Shown piece after piece: positions 9,197 to 16,436 of a stretch of DNA of 18,463 nucleotides. The notes beneath the pieces were generated by a model. That model searched no databases and was not told the DNA's origin. It saw nothing but the letters and a program-made list of their open reading frames with translations. This stretch comes from Promethearchaeota archaeon (lineage in GTDB: Archaea; Asgardarchaeota; Lokiarchaeia; Sigyniarchaeales; SOKP01): NCBI GenBank assembly GCA_011364925.1, contig RDOA01000001.1, positions 191,137-209,599 of the forward strand, given 5' to 3'. Positions within the stretch are counted from its first letter, which is position 1. Every line of letters begins with the position of its first letter. Position numbers and translations under genes: made by a program.

Positions 9197-10609
9197 ATGT
9201 CTAAAGAAAAATACGATGTAATAGTAGTAGGAGCTGGTACAGCAGGTACTTATATGAGTTGGCTCTTAGCTAAGAAAGGGCATTCGGTTTTAACTATTGA
9301 AAAAGACGAGCGAGAACGCGTAGGAAAGAGGTTGGATATTATCCACTTTGAAACCGATAGAATCGAAAAAGCGGGTATTCCTCCATTTAAAGTTGGAGAG
9401 CCAGATTGTATTGAAATCCGTGATACTTCGATTGTAGGAACTCCAGATTTCACTACAGGAATTAAAGTTAGAGCCCTTCAAACAATTGTAAGACTTACGC
9501 CTTTTCTTCACAGAATGTATAAAGAACTTGAAGAAGAAGGGGTTCATTTGGAATTTTCTTGCTCTTTTAATGAACTCATTTTTGAAAATAAGAAAATTAT
9601 AGGGATAAAGGCAACCAAGGGCACCGAAAAGGTAGAATATCATGCCCGAGTAGTAATTGATGCAACAGGAAAAGTGGCCGCATTGAGAACCTCTCTACCA
9701 GATGATTATGGAGTTGAAACATTTAAGTTAGGTTCAAATGATGTTATGTATGTTCTTCTTCAATATATCAAATGGAAATACCCTGAACAAGAACATCCTA
9801 ACCCTGATACAGGATATAACTGGTGGTTACTATGGTTTGGTCCCTCTTACGATAAAAATCAAGCTATTTTAGGTGTTGGATCCCCTGGTTCTTATGAGAA
9901 CGCTCGATTGATGCGAGAGGACTTTCTTAATAGAGCAAATCTTCCCGCATATGATATTGTCAAAGAGGAACAAGGGATGACGCCTTACAGAAGAACTCCA
10001 TATTCTTTTGTAAGTGATGGATTTATAGCAATTGGAGATGCAGGTGCATTGACATATCCTTTTTCTGGTCACGGTGTCACAGCAACATGGATGCTATGTA
10101 TGATTGTAGCAGATGTGCTTAACGATGTGCTTAAAAAGGAAGGTTATATTGCGAGAGCAGACTTATGGGAAATTAATGTAAGATATTTTAAAGACCAAGG
10201 AGCCAAATTTGCTAGTCTATATATGCAACTATCTGGAGCTTTGAATTTTAAGGAAAATGAGTGGAATTACTTCTTAAAGAAGGGCTTTCTCTATCAAACT
10301 GGGGAGGATGAGGAAGATATTCCCGAACCAAATAAAGAGTATGAAGAAGAAGAGATGAGTATTGGAGAGCTTTTAAAATTCATGGGTAAGTTAATCTGGG
10401 GCATCTTAAAAAGAAAATTCACAATTGGGCATGTTTCTCGTCTTATCAGCGTAAACGGGCTTGCAGGTAAGATTAAAAAACATTACGAGAATTTCCCAGA
10501 AAATCCAGAAGATTTTGACGAGTGGGTTAAAAAAACTGAAGCGTTATGGATTAAGAAAAATGTAGCTGTGAAACACTTATCAAATAATGTTTCTATTGAA
10601 TTTCATTAA
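9197..10609 (+). CDS. FAD-dependent oxidoreductase, divergent geranylgeranyl-reductase-like
   Basis: YDVIVVGAGTAG, VVIDATG and IGDAGALTYPFSGHGV. Confidence 0.85.
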   Translation: MSKEKYDVIVVGAGTAGTYMSWLLAKKGHSVLTIEKDERERVGKRLDIIHFETDRIEKAGIPPFKVGEPDCIEIRDTSIVGTPDFTTGIKVRALQTIVRLTPFLHRMYKELEEEGVHLEFSCSFNELIFENKKIIGIKATKGTEKVEYHARVVIDATGKVAALRTSLPDDYGVETFKLGSNDVMYVLLQYIKWKYPEQEHPNPDTGYNWWLLWFGPSYDKNQAILGVGSPGSYENARLMREDFLNRANLPAYDIVKEEQGMTPYRRTPYSFVSDGFIAIGDAGALTYPFSGHGVTATWMLCMIVADVLNDVLKKEGYIARADLWEINVRYFKDQGAKFASLYMQLSGALNFKENEWNYFLKKGFLYQTGEDEEDIPEPNKEYEEEEMSIGELLKFMGKLIWGILKRKFTIGHVSRLISVNGLAGKIKKHYENFPENPEDFDEWVKKTEALWIKKNVAVKHLSNNVSIEFH

Positions 10610-10692
10610 GGATTCAGAAAACTTTCCATTGAATGAATTCCTCATCGTAGTTAATTCCACATATTCTGAAGACATTCTTTCCTAAATTATTT

Positions 10693-11070
10693 TTAAGCAA
10701 ATAGTTCAAGAAAATATCCTGCTATCCCAAAAAAATCTAAATCGTCTAGATTCTCTGTATTTCCCTTTAGTTTTAAGACTATATTTTTATCTGAATCGTA
10801 TATTGTTCCCTCTTCTTTTGAAAATTCGTACAATAGACCTCCGCCTTGGTAAGTAAATATTTTTCCATTTTCCAAACGACCTTGTTCGTCGCCATCACTA
10901 TAAGTTATGACGCCATCTTCCCGGAGGATTAACAATAGATCTGCTCCTTGATAAAAATTATTGCCATCCAGATAAGCTACTAACTTCTTTTTTCTATTCA
11001 AGTATTCCTTTCCATTAATGTATCCATCAATTTTATCTTTCTTAAACCTATAATTATATACTTCAATCAT
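10693..11070 (-). CDS. Hypothetical beta-hairpin-repeat protein (beta-flower/Tubby-C-like)
   Basis: About five 16-18 aa Gly/Asp-turn hairpin repeats followed by a hydrophobic C-terminal helix (DFFGIAGYFLELFA). Start is ATG 11070, or TTG 11085 as in the track. Confidence 0.7.
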   Translation of the reverse strand: MIEVYNYRFKKDKIDGYINGKEYLNRKKKLVAYLDGNNFYQGADLLLILREDGVITYSDGDEQGRLENGKIFTYQGGGLLYEFSKEEGTIYDSDKNIVLKLKGNTENLDDLDFFGIAGYFLELFA

Positions 11071-11164
11071 ATTGATTTCAACCAATATTGTAACATTTAC
11101 AATAACGTTAATTATTATGATTTACCTTTAAATTTTTATATTTGATTGAAAGTAGAAAGAAATC

Positions 11165-11180
11165 AAAAAAAAAAAGAAAA
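11165..11180 (-). terminator. Oligo(T) tract, putative archaeal terminator of 11198..11944
   Basis: Reads TTTTCTTTTTTTTTTT on the minus strand about 18 nt past the stop codon. Confidence 0.45.
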
Positions 11181-11197
11181 TTTAGAATATAAAGAAA

Positions 11198-11944
11198 TTA
11201 CTTAATTTCAGATCCACATAAAGCACAGAATCGACCTAATCTAGATAATTCTGCTCCGCAATTTGGGCAAAATTTAATTTTAGAGTCCTGATCCAAAACT
11301 ACAACTTGGGGCTTAGGGGTTTCTATTTGCTGTTCTTGCGCCTTAGGAGCATCAAAGATCGACAACTTGTTTAAAGTTGCTAGTTTAAAGTATCCCTTGA
11401 CTTGATAAATAAATCCAATAATTGCAGGTACGATTAAAAACCCAAGGGAAGTTAAGAGAGCACCTGTTCTTAATTTTTCACATCCTTTAATTGCTTCGCT
11501 TGAGACTTGTGCTGGAAACATTTCGTTGTTATTTTCAAAAAACATTTTCAGATTTTTCCACGCATTCATTTCAGCAGCGACTCCCACATATACAAACACG
11601 ATTCCCGATATCATAAGAACTACAGATAACGAGAGCGTGAAATAGAAAGGGAACGCAGATGGAATAAAGAAAAACAGTACTAAATTAGCAACTCCAGTGA
11701 GGAGGATGGCCATACCCGATATTTTTGATATGAACCCTCTGATATATCTCGAGCGAAATTCTTGTAGCGACGAGTTATTTAAAGAGTAGTTTGCTCTTTT
11801 AATACACTTTAAAGCAACGAAGATAAAAATTAAAGCGATTAAACCAGCAATCCCCGTAGCTAAGCTCACTATAGTTAGGATTGCGCTGACTTGTATAAAT
11901 TTCCCAAAATCATGGAATTCTTTATTAACACTTGTATTTGACAT
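11198..11944 (-). CDS. Multi-pass membrane protein (DUF973/DUF996-like) with C-terminal zinc ribbon, paralog 1
   Basis: Several hydrophobic helices. C-terminal FCPNCGAELSRLGRFCALCGSEI carries two CxxC motifs. Confidence 0.8.
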   Translation of the reverse strand: MSNTSVNKEFHDFGKFIQVSAILTIVSLATGIAGLIALIFIFVALKCIKRANYSLNNSSLQEFRSRYIRGFISKISGMAILLTGVANLVLFFFIPSAFPFYFTLSLSVVLMISGIVFVYVGVAAEMNAWKNLKMFFENNNEMFPAQVSSEAIKGCEKLRTGALLTSLGFLIVPAIIGFIYQVKGYFKLATLNKLSIFDAPKAQEQQIETPKPQVVVLDQDSKIKFCPNCGAELSRLGRFCALCGSEIK

Positions 11945-12134
11945 TTTTTTTTTAGAATTTTAACATTTAGTTCTTTAATATCAATATTTCAAAGACAATT
12001 GATTAACAAATGGGAGTCCATTAATTGAATTTTTTTCTTAAATCCAAAAGAAACTTAAATATAAGTATTAAGATGATATTATAAGTAGTATATCTTGATT
12101 AGTTCGCAACAAAACTTTCAAATATTTGTTTGAT

Positions 12135-13514
12135 ATGTCTTTCATAAAAGCTAAACCTAATATCGTAGAGAATTATACCCTTTTTGTTATTCCTAGTTGG
12201 GGCCATTTACTTGGTTATCCAACTTTGGGCACATACTCTAACCAAAGTGTTTCGAAAATATCTCAAGACCTTGTTGTCTTTTTTGGTGCAGCTGATTCCT
12301 CTGTTCTAACAGAGAAAGGAACTCTCTACTACTTATTTGGCTTAGGTTATTACTACACCAAATTTGAACTCCAAAGTGGGAGATACATTACGGACAACCG
12401 ACAATTAACAGGTTTAGTACTTTCGGATTTTGTATACGATTATCTTGCAACCTCAAAAAATGTAACTTTAGAGGATGATCGCGATGTAATAGTGAGTGAA
12501 AATCTCTTCAGAGTTCCATTAGATTTATCTTTCAAATCTGAAAATAAACGCACTTTTATTCAAGGAACTCTTATGAGGAATTTATTTATTCCCTACAAAG
12601 ATGTTTTTCTAGAGTTTATGGAAAATCTAAAACATCCAAATTTCCTACAAGTATATAAAACCGGACCAATCCTTCTAAGCACAGATTGGGATTCTTACAA
12701 TCAAGTATTACTCTCTTCTGATATGCGTGGTGATAATAAAGCAAATTTCGTAAATCCAACTGCAGGAATAAATAAAATAACATTTGACTCTAAAAAGCAT
12801 TTGGAACGCTTTTACACAATCAAGGATTTGAAGTTTATTGAAGATTTGATATTGAATCTTAAGGAAGTTTATTCTATGATTGATTACGATCCAATGTATT
12901 TGTTCTCGATATTAATTAATGCCTCATTAAAATTGAGACCAAGAATAAGCCTTTCTAGGGCTCAAAAGAGTAGTAAACCAAAATACAAAATGCCAAAGGA
13001 ATCAGCGTTTCTTTCTGCTGAGGAAAGAATGGATGCTTTTGTCGATTGGCCAGAAACATTCAAAAGGAAAACGAAGAACGAGCTTGAGAAATCTGTTGTT
13101 CGTGTAGAGTCTAAACTATATCAACCAAAAGAAGAAGATGAAGAAACTCCAAGTGTACCAATTTTCCGAGAAGAACAAAAGGAATTTAAGATTAGAACTA
13201 TGAAACGCCCAAAAGTATTCGCTAAACAGCTTCCAATCATTCCAACGAGTAATTCACTAGAGATTCTTCTCGTAATTAAGGAGATCGTTAATCAAGATTA
13301 TGACATTCGATCAATCGCAAGAGCTCTTGAAACTGCTAGAGATTATATTAAAAGCATGATACTTCATTCTAATGTGTTATGGGAAATGAGTAAGTATGTT
13401 AACCTCTACATGAAGGTCGAGCCTAATGTAGGATTAAGCTCTAGAGAAAAGGATGAATTAATGGAACAAATAGAAAGATGGATTAATTTAATAAGTAAAA
13501 TAAAATCAATTTAA
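12135..13514 (+). CDS. Hypothetical protein: globular N-domain, charged linker, C-terminal four-helix bundle (Vps28-CTD-like)
   Basis: Long ORF with ATG at 12135 or TTG at 12126. The CDS itself is secure; the domain assignment is tentative. Confidence 0.75.
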   Translation: MSFIKAKPNIVENYTLFVIPSWGHLLGYPTLGTYSNQSVSKISQDLVVFFGAADSSVLTEKGTLYYLFGLGYYYTKFELQSGRYITDNRQLTGLVLSDFVYDYLATSKNVTLEDDRDVIVSENLFRVPLDLSFKSENKRTFIQGTLMRNLFIPYKDVFLEFMENLKHPNFLQVYKTGPILLSTDWDSYNQVLLSSDMRGDNKANFVNPTAGINKITFDSKKHLERFYTIKDLKFIEDLILNLKEVYSMIDYDPMYLFSILINASLKLRPRISLSRAQKSSKPKYKMPKESAFLSAEERMDAFVDWPETFKRKTKNELEKSVVRVESKLYQPKEEDEETPSVPIFREEQKEFKIRTMKRPKVFAKQLPIIPTSNSLEILLVIKEIVNQDYDIRSIARALETARDYIKSMILHSNVLWEMSKYVNLYMKVEPNVGLSSREKDELMEQIERWINLISKIKSI

Positions 13515-13527
13515 ATGGTGGTTTGTT

Positions 13528-14160
13528 ATAGTCAATTTTAAGTCAATTATTAAAGATTTACAAAAGCATTATTCTGACGCAACAGAAGTGGTTGTAATCA
13601 ATAATAAAGCGAAAGTTCTTTACTCCACTAGTAATTGGAATGTAGCGAAAGACATTAAAGGATTACTAGCCAGCTGGAGTAGTGGTAACGCTCAATCTGT
13701 GAAAATGAATGATATAAGATTCTCAGTACTTCAAATGGAACCCGAACGATTCATAGCTACTAATAGACAGAAAAAGGGTCATCTAGTAGGTTCATCCATT
13801 CCTGGAACTGATATGTATCTTATTGCTCACATAAAACCAAAAGCTAAAGCTTGGGAGCATATGGCTTATCCTGCTATCGCAAGGGCGGCAGCAATGATGA
13901 GAAAAGGTTCAAAATCGCAATTTATGGAGACTGAAGTAGACACTTCTAACGATGGCGAGCTCGCTCAAGTTAGTAGTAGAATGGCGCAACCGTCAATTGA
14001 TCCATACCTCAAAGCTGAATTGGACAGTTTCTTAGGCTGGATGAAAGATCCTCAAGGTTTACCCTATTATCTTGATTATACTTTACAAGAAAACGATCCA
14101 TACAAAATTTCCAAACTTGCAGAACTTTATAATGAATTGTATAGAATTTTCTATACTTAG
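13528..14160 (+). CDS. Asgard (Loki-type) profilin domain with C-terminal helical extension; probable ATA start at 13528 (track start is GTG 13588)
   Basis: (I)VNFKSIIKDLQKHYSDATEVVVINNKAKVLYSTSNWNVAKDI...SVKMNDIRFSVLQMEPERFIATNRQKKGHLVG...YLIAHI...YPAIARAAAMM matches the recalled Loki profilin pattern (TxNW, S-h-x-h-x-x-I-K/R-Y/F, ER-x-I-x-TN-x3-KGH). Confidence 0.8.
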   Translation: MVNFKSIIKDLQKHYSDATEVVVINNKAKVLYSTSNWNVAKDIKGLLASWSSGNAQSVKMNDIRFSVLQMEPERFIATNRQKKGHLVGSSIPGTDMYLIAHIKPKAKAWEHMAYPAIARAAAMMRKGSKSQFMETEVDTSNDGELAQVSSRMAQPSIDPYLKAELDSFLGWMKDPQGLPYYLDYTLQENDPYKISKLAELYNELYRIFYT

Positions 14161-14171
14161 GAGTTGACTTA

Positions 14172-14408
14172 ATGAATATGAATTGTATTCATCGTGGGAT
14201 AAATCTCTTGAGAATTTTTAGGGATGATTTGACTTCGCCAAAATTTTGTCCTTCATATGAAGTGGAAATTCCGCCTGAAGAGCCGAAGGAGATAATGAAC
14301 AAATGGATTTATCGTTTGGCATTAGCCTTTATTCTTATTATTATATTAGGAATTCTTTTTTGGGTAATACAAGGTATAATCAAATATTATTACCGAGTAT
14401 TTTACTAA
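14172..14408 (+). CDS. Small single-pass membrane protein
   Basis: AGGAG ribosome-binding site at 14159-14163 overlapping the profilin stop. One TM helix, LALAFILIIILGILFWVIQGII, and two N-terminal Cys. Confidence 0.65.
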   Translation: MNMNCIHRGINLLRIFRDDLTSPKFCPSYEVEIPPEEPKEIMNKWIYRLALAFILIIILGILFWVIQGIIKYYYRVFY

Positions 14409-14432
14409 TTAAGAAAATCAAAAGAAAATCGT

Positions 14433-15200
14433 TTAAATTTTCGAACCACAGACTTGACAGAATTTACCTCCTTTATCCAATTCTGACCCACAATTAGGAC
14501 AAAACTCTTTTATCTCTGTAGTATTTATTTCCGGTTGCCCAGCTACAGATAGAGGAGCCTTAGGTGTTGTTTTTTTCATTTGCGGCTCAGTTTGTTCGTA
14601 GTACATCAATTCGCTCAATTTAGCTAGTTTGAAGTAACCAACGGCTTGGAATATCCAACCAATAATGGCAGTAATTATAAATATCCCCAGTGCCCATAAT
14701 AAAGCACCAGTTCGAAGTTTATCGCACCCATCAATTAATTCGTGCCTTAGATGTTCGGGGAATAATGACTTATTCGTCATGAAAAAAATTCTTAGGTTTT
14801 CCCATGCTTTCATCTCAATTGCAGAGCTTACAATAAAGAGTATGACTCCAGTTACCATCCCAGTGATCGTTATCGGAAGACCTATAACCATAAACTCATA
14901 AGTAACTGGTGGAATTCCTAAAGATATACCAAGGACGATTGCCCCTCCAAACAAAAGTATAATACCAAATATCACTAATACAGTTGTTCGGATATAATTC
15001 TTCCTAAAATTTTGAAGGTTTGAATCAAACAATTGATAATTGATAGCTTTAATATCTCCAAGCGCCGAAAAAATAAAAATAATTGCGATTAAACCCGCGA
15101 ATGGTGTTATTGGAGGAATTAATGCTAATACCGTCGCTACAGCCGCTGTATGCATGTGTTTTCCAAACTGGTAAAATTGAATTGTAGTGTTGTTTTCCAT
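14433..15200 (-). CDS. Multi-pass membrane protein (DUF973/DUF996-like) with C-terminal zinc ribbon, paralog 2
   Basis: Shares GC(D/E)KLRTGALL, EMxAWxNLxxFF, GYFKLA and FCPNCG...FCxxCGS with 11198..11944. A GGTGA ribosome-binding site lies at 15207-15211. Confidence 0.8.
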   Translation of the reverse strand: MENNTTIQFYQFGKHMHTAAVATVLALIPPITPFAGLIAIIFIFSALGDIKAINYQLFDSNLQNFRKNYIRTTVLVIFGIILLFGGAIVLGISLGIPPVTYEFMVIGLPITITGMVTGVILFIVSSAIEMKAWENLRIFFMTNKSLFPEHLRHELIDGCDKLRTGALLWALGIFIITAIIGWIFQAVGYFKLAKLSELMYYEQTEPQMKKTTPKAPLSVAGQPEINTTEIKEFCPNCGSELDKGGKFCQVCGSKI

Positions 15201-15454
15201 GTAATTTCACCTTTTTAAAAATATACATTTACGTGATTTAAAATAGGAGACGGAATATAAATTTATAATGGGCATGTTTTATTTAAAAAGAAAGAGAAAA
15301 AGCTAAAATTCATAATGAAAATCTTGTCGAATTAATATTATATAATTTTAGCATTTTAGCTGAATTCGAAACATTCCTTTGTTAATAGATAAATTAACTT
15401 CAATTTAAAATTTGTAAAAAAAGATATAAAAGTAAAATTAAGTAGTTAAGAAAT

Positions 15455-16375
15455 TTAATCTGAGTGAGCAGAGATGATTAAATCTGCAAAAAGCTTCATA
15501 TCGTTAAGTAAAACGTTCAATTTGTCTTGAGAATCTCTGTCTAATTCTTGCGACTTCATGACAAATACTGAGATGATGTATTTAAAGATGTGAAGTTCGA
15601 TTCCCTTCCCATCATCACTTTGTCCCATAAATCGGCACGAATCGGACATGAAGATATTCTCTCTAACTGTGTTCGCTGCGTCGATGAAATCTCGCAAATC
15701 GCCTCTAAGTGTCAAGCCACTACTTACTCCTTGAACGTTATGAACTAATACATTTCCAGATACGTCGGAAATTATTATCTTAGCTTTAATTTCTTCAAGT
15801 TGGCTTTCAGCTTTTTCTACAGAAGCTTTCAAGTCCTTGTAAGAAGAAATTAATAAATCTCGAAATACTTTAGCTAATTCGTCCTGTTGATAAATACTCG
15901 TCAATTTTAAATCAAAATCGTAATCTTTAAACATGTCAGAAAAGATATCCTTAGCACTCTTAACGTTTGTATCCAAGAGTTCCTTGGGATAATCTTCAGT
16001 GTCGTATTTATGCAAGAAAAGTAGAACTCTGGGTTTCTCGTTGTTTTTCCTATGAATATCTAGTAATCCTTCAAAATATTCTTTCGCTTGATTGAAGGAA
16101 TCCGGATCGTGTAAATCTACAATGCAGATCAATATATCAGTACCTTTGAAAATCTCGGGTTTTTCCATATATTCCTTTCTGTATTGTTCTTGACCTCCAA
16201 AGTCAAATATTCCGACTTGAAGTCCTAAAAATGGGTGTCTTCTCGTTTCATAGAGGATTGTGGGGCTTAATTTTTTAGTGTCTTCTGGTTTTTTTTCGGC
16301 AAAAGCGACGGAATACAAACTAGTCTTACCACATCCTCCAAGTCCTACAAGAGATATTTTAATAGTAAATTTCAC
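15455..16375 (-). CDS. Rag/Gtr-like small GTPase with C-terminal roadblock-like domain
   Basis: G1 GLGGCGKTS, G2 SPT, G3 DFGGQ, G4 HKYD and G5 TSIY; HKxD and TSI are Rag-type. The last about 120 aa show an alpha-beta-beta-alpha-beta-beta-beta-alpha pattern. Confidence 0.85.
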   Translation of the reverse strand: MKFTIKISLVGLGGCGKTSLYSVAFAEKKPEDTKKLSPTILYETRRHPFLGLQVGIFDFGGQEQYRKEYMEKPEIFKGTDILICIVDLHDPDSFNQAKEYFEGLLDIHRKNNEKPRVLLFLHKYDTEDYPKELLDTNVKSAKDIFSDMFKDYDFDLKLTSIYQQDELAKVFRDLLISSYKDLKASVEKAESQLEEIKAKIIISDVSGNVLVHNVQGVSSGLTLRGDLRDFIDAANTVRENIFMSDSCRFMGQSDDGKGIELHIFKYIISVFVMKSQELDRDSQDKLNVLLNDMKLFADLIISAHSD

Positions 16376-16436
16376 CTTGTTTTGTTATATATTTTTATAT
16401 TTATCCATCTAATTAAGTTCTTTATAACATTAAAAT

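Noticed and set aside
10580-10675. 31-aa minus-strand ORF (MSSEYVELTTMRNSF...)
   Set aside because: Very short, overlaps the 3' end of the convergent oxidoreductase and has no motif.
16376-16408. In-frame ATG at 16408 as a longer start for the GTPase
   Set aside because: An in-frame TAA at 16387-16385 intervenes, and the GTG at 16375 already yields a complete first strand and P-loop.
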